From: Basidiobolus meristosporus CBS 931.73
Lineage: Eukaryota; Fungi; Basidiobolomycota
Reading direction: 5' to 3'
Length of the DNA stretch: 64,000 nt
Assembly: GCA_002104905.1 (NCBI GenBank)
Contig: MCFE01000462.1
Location: 7,149 to 71,148 of the forward strand
The translations under genes were made by a program, and so were the position numbers. The notes under the pieces were generated by a model. The model did not search any database and had not been told where the DNA came from. It saw only the letters and a program-made list of their open reading frames with translations. Of the stretch, positions 13,101-26,900 are shown one piece after another (positions within the stretch are counted from its first letter, which is position 1; each line of letters starts with the position of its first letter).

Positions 13101-15002
13101 GGAGTGAGCAGTGAGGTTCGGCTCATCTTTTGGCTTGGCTAGATTAGTGTCTCCTTTCTTAATATACCTATTTACATTGGTTTGATCAGAACTAGCTCCG
13201 GCATATTCATGTTTTTCCAGCGTATTCTCCAATTCATGAGATGCGGCTCCCATCACTCTACCATCTCGACTCGCTGAACGACTAGATTCTTGCTCATCGT
13301 CAGGCAGTGGATCGAGGATACTATCTTTTAAATTCTCGCTGGGATCGCCGCCATCACGATCATCACCAGGGCTCGAATATACTTTCCGTCTCTTTTCATC
13401 CCGTGGGTCAACATCATTGCCACGCTGTGTATCGTGAGGCTCCTCAGGCATAATGGATGATGATGAAAAGTCACTAGATATTGAGTTTTCACGAATACGC
13501 TTCCCACAGGGGCCAGGAGTTGTCGATGACTGGGCATCATTATGGCCATTATCGTCTAAGGACTGTGCAGTGCTATCGATAGAGTTGGTTCTAGTCTCCC
13601 TACCACTCGCGATCTTACGTTTTTCAGTAGATTTTGTGGAGTCCACGCTGCTGCTTCGGCGGTCAGGAGTGATTGATCCATGTGAGCCTTGATGAAAATC
13701 ATTCCCATCCTTTTTTCCTGGGATAGAATTAGAGTCTCTACGATAATCACGGTATCCTTCTCCAGGCCGATACATGTCACTTTGGTCGTATCTTCCACCA
13801 GACATTTCTGCTCTCTCTCGCTCACGAAGCCGGTCAGAATCCCATCTTTCGCGGCCTCGGTTACGTTCGCGGTTTCGTTCACGCTCCCACCTTTCACGAT
13901 CTCTGTTATTTCGATCTCTTTCACGTTCCCGAATTCCAGGAAAAGGGTTTGGTCCGCGAGCAAGATGATCTCTATTGTCCATGTGACGAGTAAAATAACT
14001 AAAATCACCGCTCCTAAAGTCCCTGTATGGCATATTTCTACCAGCATTTTCTCGAACTGAGGAACTTGAAGAAGGTCTAGCCATTTTTTCAAATGCTGCA
14101 GTAGGAAACATAGAAGGTCTTCCTCTAGAATCTCGGGATCCCCCGAATCCTTCGCCATGTTTTGGCCTTCCCTATATTTTGAAAACTCGGTTGGTACACA
14201 TGCTACATAAGAAGGATCATGAAGACATTCTCGCAAATAATAACGAACCTCTCTGTCCACCATACCAGGGAATACAATGTCCATCGGAGCAATATCTGCA
14301 CCACCACTGCGCATAAGTACATTTCCACTAGTAGGGTCACGACTAATGACAATTGGTGGAGGCCCATTGGTATTATTCCCACGACGACTAGCAAAAGCTG
14401 ACATTGAGGTATTACTCCCTACTCCGCCTAACCGCTTGTTTTCCTCGAAGTCAGCGCCAGCGCGACGATTATGTGGATAATATGAAGGGACAAATGGATG
14501 ACTGGGCCCATGTGGTGGTAATGGGCGATCTTCACGATGAAGCTCTCTAACGGAAGTGATAAGAATAAGATTCAGGCACTACCAATAAAGACAATGGATA
14601 AAACTGACCTATCGTTTCTTCGACGAAAACGGTCTTCTCTCTCTCGTTCTCTCCTATCATCACGCTCTCTTGGTGCTCTGTAGGAGTAGAAAATGTTCAG
14701 AATTATCCAAATTAACATATTTTGGACTTCCCGCGCTGGTATCAGAGGCGTCCAGGTTGGATATGAGATAGACATTACCTTGAAAAATAGGGATCAAATC
14801 TGGAATTTCTAGAGTTGGTATAAGGCGGAGCCTCAGTGTGGATAGGGGTTTTAAGATGAGAAGTAGGTATGGGGGAACTCGAGCGAGAGTGCGTCGGCTT
14901 TGAATGGTTATCGGTTGTGGCTTGAGAGACAGTTTCAGTGGAGGAGAGTTTGGGATCTAAGGGCTTGGAAGCATGTGTTGGGGGTGATCGTCCGTGATCC
15001 AT
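4198..15002 (-). CDS. SNT1: NCoR/SMRT-Snt1-like two-SANT corepressor scaffold, paralogue A (very large, >3000 aa; frame junctions at ~9145 and ~7650)
   Basis: NCoR-like coiled region (LTQEKIFAMIDKIDSEIGRYEELL, SLHKKIYAENQ); SANT1 WSKEERDIFIKKYLLYPKQFGKIASFLKHKNARQCVLFYYREKK; SANT2 WSAFEQTEFAESLRMHGKDWVKIAEHVKSRSASEVESYY. 5' exons from ATG 15002 splice in frame into the 9141-14111 ORF. Whether the 7649-9061 and 4198-7623 ORFs belong to the same protein depends on the junctions. Confidence 0.75.
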
Positions 15003-16040
15003 TTTTGATTACTAAGTAAACTCTCCAAGCGAATGTGTACCTAGATTTTTAGCAAAGTCGGGGTCCGATCCCTGTGTACTGTGATAGAAAATGTCTGTGT
15101 ATCAGTAGAATAGAAAGGGACGCAATATTTTCTAGGGCTAGGATTGGTAAGTCTGCCAATTAGGAAAAGTCGATTTTGCTTGACAGAATAGGCTTCTACT
15201 TTCTTTTATGAACACTTCTCAACTGTCGCTGGGGAAAAGTAGAAGACACCTGCTGTATTGACTAGGGATCGCTGAGTTGGTACTTTGACGATTCAAAGCT
15301 AAGGATGTGTTGTGTTTCAGCGTATTTATAATATTATGGGATTGAAGGTATAAGTCGAAGAGAAAGGTAATGGGCTATTGAAAAGTTCAGATTGATGAAT
15401 ATCTCGATAGTAAACATTCAAGGTGGCGAATGCATATAGTCAGGGATAAATTTTCGGTAGAATCCCCCAAAACATACAATGGTCTTCTAAATTGGCACGT
15501 CAACCAAACCTAATACGCAATACCTATAAAATCAAATAGAGCTCAATTTTATCCGAATCCTGTGTTTTCCTTAGAAACAATGACTTAATGACGATATAGC
15601 CGTAACACATTCTAGCCAATCACCAGCACCAAAGAGCTGCCCTGCGTACTAGGAGACAGGTTGGTATTTGATTTCACACGTTGTATGTGCAACATGGTTC
15701 CTTCTAATGTGGAATACACAAACACCTTTCTGGACATTATGGCTTGGGTGCAAGCGCTAGGCAAATATATAACCCCTCCTCTCCCAACCGGCCTCCTGGA
15801 GGCTGCTGGATACGGGCATCACGTGGCTTATGCTAAATCCACCACCGCTTTTTGTTTAAGAAAGGGTTTAGCTTCCACCAGAGGTTGCTTCAAATAAATT
15901 GAGAAAATCAACCGGGGTCGTACTGCCAATTGATAAAAAATTTTTGCTCATTACAATTTTAACTTTCCGATTGTTGCTTGAAATCATCTCAAGGTTCACT
16001 TTAGACAACAGTGGTTAGAGACAATATTGCTTGCCGAAGG

Positions 16041-16697
16041 ATGAATTTCTCACTTCTCAAGACATCAGTAAGAGCTACTAGCACAACCGCTAGAGTGTCA
16101 GCAGCCGCTCTTAGACTACGTCAACCAACCACCCGTTGCTTCGCTACCGAGTCCCAAGGGAGTAAAACTACCGAGAAAAAGCCTGAGGGTGGTGAAGGGA
16201 ACGATTCCAAGAACCATACGGATTTTATTTTAGAGACATTGCGTGGTATTGGAAGCAACCCAAACAAAGGTGCTCGTGCAGGCGCTATGGGTACTTTGCC
16301 CTTTGATTTGTCTACGCCTAACATCGCTTCACAGAAGGACCAAGGTTTTACCCACTGCCTGTCCGTTCATGCTAGTTACAACAACACAATTGTATCCTTG
16401 ACCAACGCAGACGGTAGAGTTTTGGTTAACGCCTCTGGGGGTACTTGCGGTTTCAAGAAAGCCAACCGTGGTGGTTACGAACCTGCTTATCAAGCAACCA
16501 CAAAAGTCATCGAAAAGGTCAAGGAACTTGGCTTGAACATCGGTGGCTTGCATGTCAAATTAAGAGGATTCGGCCCCGGTCGTGACGCTGCTTTCAAGGC
16601 TGTTCGCTCATTGTCCGCTTGGAACATCACTAGAATTACTGATGCCACCCCGGTTCCATTCAACGGGTGCAGACCTCGTAAACCACGTCGTTTGTGA
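16041..16697 (+). CDS. MRPS11: Mitochondrial ribosomal protein uS11m, intronless
   Basis: Arg/Ser-rich presequence followed by the S11 domain: HASYNNTIVSLTNADG..ASGGTCGFKKANRGGYEPA..VKLRGFGPGRDAA..ITDATPVPFNGCRPRKPRRL. Confidence 0.93.
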   Translation: MNFSLLKTSVRATSTTARVSAAALRLRQPTTRCFATESQGSKTTEKKPEGGEGNDSKNHTDFILETLRGIGSNPNKGARAGAMGTLPFDLSTPNIASQKDQGFTHCLSVHASYNNTIVSLTNADGRVLVNASGGTCGFKKANRGGYEPAYQATTKVIEKVKELGLNIGGLHVKLRGFGPGRDAAFKAVRSLSAWNITRITDATPVPFNGCRPRKPRRL

Positions 16698-17029
16698 GTC
16701 ATCGAATATGTTCTTTTATACACCGCATTGTTTCATCCTTCATCTCACTCCTCAAGCGCTAAATAAACTTGCACGATTTTCAAACAAACAAATACAATGT
16801 GGATGGCTGTGCCATTTATATCAAAAGGCCTCCTGACGATTGACCGGGTGGCGGAGTGCTTGGCATCATTTCTTACAAAAAATACAGATTGAGAGGTGCT
16901 TTGCTAGATGCCTGGGTAGGAAAGAGCTAATGCATAGACCAAATAAATACACGAACAAATTAAGGCGGAAAACACACATTCTAGTCTTTCAAAAACAATA
17001 AAAAAGCAAGAGGTGCTACGATTGCCATA

Positions 17030-20000
17030 TTAGTAATATAGAGAGGGGTGCATGGACTGTGAGTAATTCGAGGTAAAGGCTGCTGGTTTTCCGAGGGTTG
17101 GTTGTGAGGTGTCGGGCAAGGGATATTTTGGTTGCGGGGTTAAGGTACCGCCAGTGGTTGATTGTGGCAGGGCTCGATGGATTTCGAGAGAACGGCCTGG
17201 TCTGTCAAAGATCGGTGGAGGGGACCCAGCGGGGTGGTGCAGTAACGGGTTGGTTCTGGAAGAATGCTGGTTATGCGAATCTTGCAGAGCAGTTTGCGAG
17301 AAAGTGCGTGGTGCGCTAGAGGGAGGTGATTGGATTTGAAGTAGTTGTAACTGCCTGATCGGTTGGGCTTCTCGCTGCTCTACAGCCCTACGCTCCAAAT
17401 GGTGAGGTTCAGCCACATTCTCCTGCGAAGGGTGTCTGGAAGGAATCGGAGTCTCGAGCAAATGCATGTGGTGAATATCATGTGTACGAATCTGGTCCCT
17501 ACCATCTGCACAAGTATTGTGATTCCAATTCTTCACAGGGCCCGACTCTGAGTGCGAATGGCTTGTATCTTCGTTAAAGTAATGCCTTGGTGCAATTGTG
17601 TGGACATCTACCGCCATATTGAGGAGGGACAGAGCATCAACAGCACCACTGATCTGCTTTTTGGGATTTATCGGTTCAAATCCAGCTGCTTTACGCAATG
17701 ACTGGTTGTCATCCATCGGCATTTTGGCTGCATCAACGGCGGGGTTTGAAAGAGTGGTTTGGACCAATTCAGGGGAGGTAGAAGGTGGTAATGGTTGCTT
17801 TGAGGTAGAGACACCGACAGTAGACGTGTTCAGGGCAGTGTTCCTAGATAATTCAGCATCTTGACCGCATGCTGCTTGGACTAATAGCTCTAAAAAACTT
17901 TCGGAGGGCGGATTGGGTGGGGCTGGAGGGTGGAGGGTGGATTCGCTGCTTGGGGCAACAGCCTCATGAGAGCGGGGCTGGGGCATGGAATCAAGCTGAA
18001 CTTTACTACGGTGGTTCGTCTGGTATTCCACGTATTGTGCAGAAATCAATTGCTCAGATTTGTTACAATCGATCGGTGAGGATACTCTAGACTTCTTCAC
18101 AGTAGGCTCGGGCGCAACAGAGGCTTCTATAACTGATCCGTTGTGACCCAAGTCATCCGCGATCGACGGATTTCCTGTGGGCAACACTTCCGAGCTTCGT
18201 CGCTTGATTTTCTGCTGCCTGCTGTCCGCCTTCAATGATTCCGTAGAGGTTTTGTGCCTACGATCGAGCTTGCTCGCCGAGTGGTCGTTGAGGAGCGACG
18301 ACGATTGAGAATACTCAGTTGTCATTTCTAAGGGCGCTTCCAAAGCGCTCATTCCGTGCTTTCTACGGAAATTGTAATAAAAATTACGGCACTGTTCCTC
18401 GGTTTTGCTCCCAACCACTTTGGAAACGGAGTAAAAGTCCTGGCCATATTTTTTATAAGCCTGGAGTGCAACGTGGCGATCCTCCTCGCTCCATCGTGCA
18501 GTAGCAGGTGAAGATTGGGGTGGCGAGGGCTTCCTTCGCCTTTCTTCATCGTTGTCAGGTAATGGGTGTTGACGCTGTTTGGTTCTTGGCTTCCTACGGG
18601 GTTTCTGAGACTCGGGGAAAATTGATTCGTCGTCAAACCCTTTTGATCTCCGTTTTTCGGGAGGTGGAAGGGAGTCAGGCTGATCTTCGGAGATGTGGAT
18701 CGATCTTTCCGCTTCATCAATGTCTTGAAGCAGTGCGTTCCCTTTGCTCTTCTTACTTCTCTCAGTTCGTTTGCCAGTCCCTTTGCGCACCAATTGGCGC
18801 CGTTTCTTTCCACGTCCTGAGATTAATCCCTTGAAGTCGATGGACTTTTTCTCGCGGTAGTAAAAGAGAACACACTGCTGTGGATTCTTGTGTTTCAAGA
18901 AAGAAGCGATTTTGCCAAATTGCTTGGGATAGAGTAGGTACTTCTTGATGAATATCTCTCTCTCCTCATTAGTCCAATGATCGACTGACGTATCGCAATG
19001 GTAGTAGTTGTAAGGATCCTCAACCAGGTTGTTTCGATTATCGTACTTGGCCAGCTCTCTTTTATTTGGATCCAGTATCATTGGCGGGATCGTTGCTGCG
19101 GTTCTGACCGACCTAACATCTGGATTTCGCAGATCTTCATGCTCAAGGTATTGAATGATCTCCATTAGCTCTGCTTCGCTTCTAACAGCGTCCGCGTTGT
19201 AAAAGCCTCCGCGTCGTTGCGAGCGAGCCGAAATTCCGTTGGCATTGGAGGTGAGTAGTTCGTCTTCCATGAATCTTTTACCCCTCTTTCTCTCTCTCTT
19301 TTTGTCCAGCTTGATGATGCGAATTCTCCAATCTTCTAAATGCTCCTTATACTCTTGCCTGAGCCTTGATTCTTTCTTCTCCAACGTGCTGGCTTTAAGC
19401 CTCAAATGGGTGAATATTAGTTTGCGGATTCTCTGATGAGTCTCTATGTTCTCCGTATAGAAAGGATAGTCTTCTACATTCTTATATACAGGCCCGAGGG
19501 ATGGCTTCACGTTCGATTTGACCAGAGTCCGATTTTCAGCATATATTTGTTGGTATAGTGATGGCTTTCTTCCATGCTGCAGTTCGTCAGTTGACGAGGT
19601 AGAGACTGCACTGGTCGGATGAGAGATGTCGGGAACCCCAACGACAAGTTCCCCTTCATTAGGTTCCGCTGGGTCTGTATACTCTTTTTCCCTGAGTTCG
19701 GGGGTTTCCTTCACATATGACTTACTAGCGGCATGGGATTGCTTGTTCTTTCGAATCTTATCCAGTAGAGCTTCATAATGTCCAATTTCCGAATCGATGC
19801 GATCGATCATTGCGAAAATCTTTTCTGTTGTCAACGGGTTACCGACCGGTTCATCTGATCGAGTCTCAGTGGGTAACACTTCCTGCTTCATTACTTTCGC
19901 AATAACGCGGTTCTCTACTTGAACCTCATCTAATGTTGCAGTCTCTTGCGATATTTCAGGTGGACTTGACGCTGGAGAATCACACTTGTCTCGCCTTGTC

Positions 20001-22076
20001 GTTTCTTGCCACAAAATCTCACTTCCAGTCGGCTTTACGTATGGTTGATCGCATAGAGGTTCCTCCGAATCCACCGACACTATATCAACTATTGTCGAGC
20101 TTTCACTTCCTCCTTGGTGCTCATCTGCTATTGAATTTTCGCTTTTCGTTTGTTCATGAAAAGCACCTTTATACAAGATCGAGCTGTCCGTAGAGGATTT
20201 GGTTATTGGAGGCGATACTTCGGCTTTTAGTGCATTACCCTCGGTAACCAGAGTGTCTGTTAGCAAGTTGTCAACCGGAGCCTCAGAGGCTTGAAGCTGG
20301 CAAGGTTCGTTGATTTTGGTATGCTCAGGATCCACAGACGTATCGTTCTTGCGGGGTGCAGATGCTGTACGCATTGCCTGATCGCACAAAGCCTCAATAT
20401 TGTCATTCTTTCTCTGGTTACTTCTGTTTTCACCGACAATCTCGTGCTGTATGGGTGTCTTATGCGTTTCTTTACCAACAGCCGGTTGGGCCTTGAAAGG
20501 GTCGTGATAGGGGAGCGACTTCTCATGTGAAGAGTGCTCGGTAGAGGTAGAGCTCTGCCTCGTACGCGATGGTTGTCTACTGCTATCGAAGTCCCCACGC
20601 GATCGGCTATGGCTTTGCTGCGTAGATCTCTGTCTACCGGGGTATCTCGTAGACTCCACACTGCTGCTACGTCTTTCCGGTGTGAGCGAGACGCAAGTAA
20701 TAATCACGGCCATCATTGTTGGATGGCTCTCGGCGCAGATCTCTGTAAAACTCACGTCGATATAGATCCTCCTCATAGTATTCTCGATCTCTACCTCCGG
20801 GTCGGTAGGAATCTGCTTGCTCAAATCTGTAATGCAAGCCAAGCCATGAGTATTAGAGCATTCTCACCTACAAGACTGAGCATACAAACCGATTGGATGG
20901 CTCTCGATGCCGTTCGCGTATTCTCTCCGAGCCCCATCGCTGGTGTCCTTTGTACCTGTTCCAATCTCGACTTCTTTCACGTTCTCTTTCCCACCTGTGT
21001 CGATCTCGATCACGGCTCCGATCCCTGTCCCATTCTCGTTCTCGATAAGTGCCGAATGAGCCCATGCCTCGCGAGGGATAATCTCTTGAGTCCATACTCC
21101 TTGAGAAATAGCTAAACTCGCCGCTTCTGTAATCTCGATAATTGTAGTCTCTTTCGCGGGAAGATCCGGTGAGGTCGTTTGGCGGATAGCCGTGCCCCCG
21201 TAAGCTCCGTGGATTCACAAAACTGCCGCTGTGCCTTGGTCTCTCCTGAGGTAGAAATACATTAAACACTAGCCGGAGCAACAGTCTATCTGCATAATGT
21301 ACCTCTCTATCGCCAGCATGCGAAAACATCGCATCCATAGGTGCAAAGCCCGTACCTCCACTCCGCATAAGTACACTCCCGCTATCCGGGTCACGACTAA
21401 TTACAATAGGAGGTGGACCTTTACCATCGCTTTGTTTAGTATTCTCAAACGATGCGGATGAGACGGGGGCTGGATTGTTTCCAAAATTGTGTTCTTCCGT
21501 ATCGGCGCCGGCGCGACGGTTGTGGCTATGGTAAGAAGTATTGTAGGAATAGCTCTCATTAAAAGCGGTCCGTTTTTCTTGGTGGAGACCCCTGGCATTC
21601 GTAAAAACGGAAGAAATTGGTAATCTTGAGTATGCGTTTCCGAGAGTCGTTAGTAAAGTGAAGGGTAATAGTCACCTATCCAATCGGTAGCGATGTTGTT
21701 CTTCGCGCTCTCTTCTATCTTCTCGATCTCTGGAATCGCGACTAAATTCAGAAAGAGTAGACTAGATTGAGTATAGAGTACGGCTATATTGAAGTATACA
21801 GAAAGTAGTCACTTGCTATGCGAACTACGAAAGAAAATGAAAAGCATACCTTGAGTATCCATATGGCTCATAACGCTCTCTAGTCGACTGATAAGATATT
21901 GTGTCTTGCTTCGCTAACTGAGAATTGAACCGCTCGGTTGGATATATTCTTTCAAGATTTACTCGAGCATTGTTGTCTTCTCCTGCTAAACGATTTACAT
22001 GTGAAAGGGTGCATTCCCTACTTTTCTCATCCACAGGGAGAATAGAGCGAGCTTGAACCGATGGTCGAGTCTCCAT
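17030..22076 (-). CDS. SNT1: NCoR/SMRT-Snt1-like two-SANT corepressor scaffold, paralogue B (frame break at ~20700)
   Basis: Same domain order and same 5' intron positions as paralogue A; SANT1 WTNEEREIFIKKYLLYPKQFGKIASFLKHKNPQQCVLFYYREKK; SANT2 WSEEDRHVALQAYKKYGQDFYSVSKVVGSKTEEQCRNFYY. Confidence 0.8.
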
Positions 22077-22744
22077 GGTGGATGCTATGTTTGCTCGTAT
22101 ATTTGTTTGCCCTTACTCAAACTCTTCTACTAGAGTAACGAAGAATAGGAAAACAGCCCAGGGCTATTCCAATAGGAATGTTGGTTAGGTAATGTGCCTA
22201 TTCCACTCGTATTATTGGATGGTGCTATGTACTTCTACAACTGTCCTATGCTGTCCTATCAATGCAACCTCAGACGTATCGAGCAAATGCTGAAGTAAGG
22301 TCGAAGCGCACTTGTCTTGAGAGCTCTAGAAGAGAAGTCAAGGTGGACAGTAGAAAGCTAGAGGTGATGGTAAAAAGGCCCGCGCACGTTCTCTAGAATG
22401 GATAAAAAGTGGGTCACTTGTTTAAGTTCGAAACGAAGATAAGAATGGGGAAAGGGGTCTTGAATAACTAAGCAGAATTCTGAACTGGGAAAAGCAAATT
22501 AACGAATTGATCCTATCTCTTAAAATACATTCCAGTATTGCCCTCCATATAATTCTACAGACCAATAGACTAGTAGAACCCATCAATATGGTAGTCATGA
22601 ATAACTCGAATGGGAGGGAGCAATGACTATACTTATACACGAATGATTATTTATTCCAACTGATATATATATATATATGTAAGCTTCAAATGGTCAATTA
22701 CTGATAATAGAAAATCGCTTGCCTAGATAAACGAGGTGGAGAAA

Positions 22745-23507
22745 CTATACGGGAAGCTTGAACTTTTGACCGCGTAAGACTTTGGTGAAGTAGATATAGA
22801 AGAAATCCAGGTAAAGCCCTGTTTGAACAACACCGGTAAGGATTACAATATGGAGGATGTACCCCTCGTAGTAGTAGCGGTAGATCCAATTCAAAAGATA
22901 AAATGCACGATAAGCGCCAAGCGCACCCAGATAATGGGTTGTGATGGTCTCTGCTTCACCTGTGGTAGAGAGCATATACAGTTGGGGCAGAATGGCTACG
23001 GATTCTAAGAATAAGGAGAAGGTCCACAATATCTGGGATAGGTTAGCATCAAAGCATGTCATAGAGTGGGCCAAAGCCAGCAGTTACCTCCATGACGCTA
23101 TATTCTGTGGTGAAAAGCAAGGCGCAGACAGCAGAGGGCCCAATCAGATATTCTAAACGGAAGGTATCCTTGCTGGCAGTATAAGTGGCAAAGAACTTGG
23201 TGCGCATCAAGTAGAGGATATATGAGGAGGTGGCCAGAAAGAAGATTTTCATGATGGAATTATATATGGAGTAAGTGAAGCTGGTGAAGAGATCCAAATA
23301 GCGGGTGGCAAACACCACAAGGTAGAGCACTTGCGACTTGAACGAAATCCCTGTTGGAACGGAGCGCGAGTTGGTACTGTGCAATGGAAAACTGCTTCAA
23401 AAACTAAGCGAAATACCTGAAACCGAGTTGCTAGTTTGTATTTTTAGAAGAAGGATAATGATAGATGCCAAATGCATCAGGTCTCCAAGTAGCCTAAATA
23501 TGTTCAT
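22745..23507 (-). CDS. ERD2: ER lumen protein-retaining (KDEL/HDEL) receptor, 3 exons
   Basis: [89 protein letters not shown]. Confidence 0.96.
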
Positions 23508-23923
23508 TATGCTGAGGTTCAAGTTATAGCAGGAGCAGCTGTTAAATGTTCCGCCTTGTGAAATGAAGGGAGCTTTAAAAGAGTAAGCAGGCGAAACTAA
23601 GAACAACGGCTCAGAGGAGTTTGACGTCGCATCAAAGGGTGACATCAATTGTGGGGTTGATGTAATATGCGATAGATGGATATTAGTCAATCGCAAATAA
23701 TCGTCGAGTTCTCGATACTTTTGAAGGTCTAAACGGTTTTTGGAATTTTGGAAAAAGAAGTCAATGCGTGTCACATTCCAGCTGCTGATGAAAATGGGTC
23801 AGACGCTCGATTCATGATGAAAATAGGCCAGATTTTAACCATTTGAGATTTTCATGAGTTCAAAACAAACAAATGCACTAGTAGATACTCCGAAAAAGTG
23901 GATTCCAAACCTTGCATACTAGT

Positions 23924-26900
23924 ATGAGTTCTGACGGCTGGGTTGGATCACCTTCTGCTAAATTACGCATTCCGCCCCACGTAGTGTTCCTTATCGATTT
24001 CTCCTTTCTAAAGCAGCCGTTTCACACCGCCTCCACTCCTGAAATTGCGTTTGAACGATTGGTGATCCTATTGGAGAAAGTGTTGGTTTACTTCCATCAA
24101 TATGTCGATTCCCGATTTAGGTGGGGAGTACAGTGTTTCGATGCTTTGGACAATCCTGATATATCGGCTGTTTCTCGAGGCCATTTCCATGAACTTAGCG
24201 GGGATGGTTTCGAGCGGATTCTTGTCCAATTAAAGAACGAGTTCAATCGCATTATGGCTTTAAAGGAATCAAAGCCGACCAAACCACTTATAGAGAATAT
24301 TTCTATTCGATTGGCGCAGGTTCTCTCCGACTTTGCTTGGCATGAGAATCCACTGTTGAATACATCAAGATTCGAGGCTACTTCACGAGAGAACGAGCTC
24401 ATACCAGTCAAAAACTATCTGTTCGTGTTGTCACTACTTCCGCAAAACTACCTAGAAATGCTGAGTTGGCTGGATGGAAAGGTGTTCGATATCTGGAACG
24501 ATCAAATACGATACTATATTGCCGGACGTAAGCCGGACTTCAACGCACTTGCGAGTCGCATACAAAGCCATCTAGTAACACGCGGATTATGCGAGGGCTA
24601 TTCGAAGTCAGGGATATCGCTAAACTGGATCAACATACGAAACCTCACCTCTTTGGTAATAATCCGCCTTTCAATCAGCGCTGCAATTCATTCTCAATGT
24701 CTGTATGTACTATTGTAGAATGAGGAGCCAGATGTATTTGGCGACTTGGTGAAGAGCTACTTGGGAAATGCATTGGAGGCCTTCGGTGGGGTTGTCATCC
24801 CACTGGAGCCATTCTTATCAACATCGATGCATGTTCCTTTCTCTGCATTCTTCAAGCATTTCCGGAGAAAATATATCGATCCTGTTGCTGGACGAAGATT
24901 GCTAGAGCCTAATGGCCTCGCAACAAGGCCGAAATACGCGGATAACTCCGGCGCAACTACTTTACTCTTTCCCACAGGTAATCTCAACACCATCGTAGGT
25001 ACTGGATGTTGCCTGACACTTCTTACCTAGGCCACCGTTGTTTGTTGACTATTGCACCTCTGACTTCGTAAGATCGACATTGAAGATTGTCGCTTGAATT
25101 GCCTGTGTAGTTAACTGGATTATTAGGGATACGCAAACGACCAGACGTAAACCCTCTGCCGATCTTGAGAAGGTGTATCATTTCAAAACTGGCGAAATCC
25201 TCTATAGATTTCGTCCGTCCTGCTCGTCTTTTGACTGGCTCCTAGGCTCGATTGAGCAGACATATCGTTGCTGTTCCAGTCACTCTAATCTAGAAGATGC
25301 GACTTCCTTTGTTGATATACTCCAGTTCTTACTGCAGAGCCAACAGGCCCTCATCCTTAACCTCATGCCACTGGCTGATATAGATGCGACCAATGAGCCA
25401 AGCGGGCCCTCTTCTACAAAAGCTCGATACGCCGTCTTGGAGGCGTTGACTGAAACCTCTGGTGTGCTCACATTGCTCAAGGAATGCGTAGACGAGCAGC
25501 AAATCCTTGCCTTTGGAAATCACATGCCAAAGGTAGCCAACTTCTTTACCCTTTGCACTGACTTCGGAACCACTCACACAACTTCACGTTCTCTTAGGGT
25601 GAAGAGGCAACATTTGGTAAGGCAATAGTATTGCACCCCAATTGGAGCAGCCGGGACTAAATTCATTGATTGTTAGCTGCTTCATTCTCTCCTCTCTACC
25701 TAGAGAATTGGTGGACCGATGCTAACGTGAACGATTTGGCCTATGGTGAAAGCAGTGAACAATCTGACCTTGTCATTGATTGTGAAGCGCCTACCATACC
25801 AGACATCAAATCACGCGAGAGCAGGTTCGTGCTTAAATGGTACAATCCAAATCTGCACTTCACTTAGACCCTCCACATCTTTAGCCTAGTTGCTGTACCC
25901 CCCATGCCTCAAAGGAAGGACGATAACCAGGAAAACAACCCGCCCAGCAATCATGCGGCTGATCAGGATCACACTCTAGATGGCCGAGAGGCGCTTCGAG
26001 ACGCATACCTGAAAACACTCTACGATAGCAAGGTCAACCCTGATTGTAGTTGACCTGCCAATTTTCGTGCTCACAATCTATTTAATTATAGACGCCGTTG
26101 CATGAATTTGTGGAGGCAGCAATGGACAACTCCTCCTTGGCCGAAAAATCACATCTCTTCGTACGTACCTCGACCCTCGCATATCCTCATAACTCTTGTA
26201 TTAACTTCTCCACAGGAGTATCTGGAGTTCCTTTGCACAAACTTGATACTAGATCTGCCGACTCTCGAGGAGAAATACAAAGCCAGCATACCGAGCCTGA
26301 TCAACCGGCGCGAAGTTACCAATTCAACAGAGCTATCCCCACAAGAGCTAGACTATATTAAGGCCTGGGCGCGATGCAATGCTGAACCTGATCATAAATC
26401 CAACTCCGTTCACGAACTGAAAATACGAGAGTATGTTGATTTATGTAGTTGGGGTGAATTTTTTGACTCTATACACCCATCTAAAGTTGCACCATTCCAG
26501 AGCCTATCTTCAAATTCTCCTGCTGCTGGAATTCATGAGAGTAAGAAGGATGTTCAAGGACCATATGAAACAGGGAGCTCCAGTCCCTGTGAATGTCGAC
26601 GAGACCAGGGTCCTTTCCAAAAGCGAAGTCCTAACCAGGCTAGACACATTTTGGGACCGATTGTTTATCTGGGTTTCCATTGGGTCAGGAAGTCTGTTTT
26701 CTGTGGAGGAAAAAGAAGACCCCGGCTACGAGGCGATGAGAAGGTTTTATAATCATGTGTGCTACAAGTAGTATCCTTCTAGTGGCGCTCCTTTGTAACC
26801 ATAACCTTGCCTTTTTGAAATCCTTAACACGCTAACTAGCTATCGAACCAGCATTCCAGAGATCATCAAGGTCATAGTGAAGAAAATCAAGTCAGATATG

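Noticed and set aside
13556-14404. 282-aa ORF as an independent gene
   Set aside because: Its first part is an exon of paralogue A; the rest reads through an intron into an alternative frame.
15661-15897. 78-aa ORF in the divergent promoter of paralogue A and uS11m
   Set aside because: TTG start, no recognisable motif, no splice-supported partner exons.
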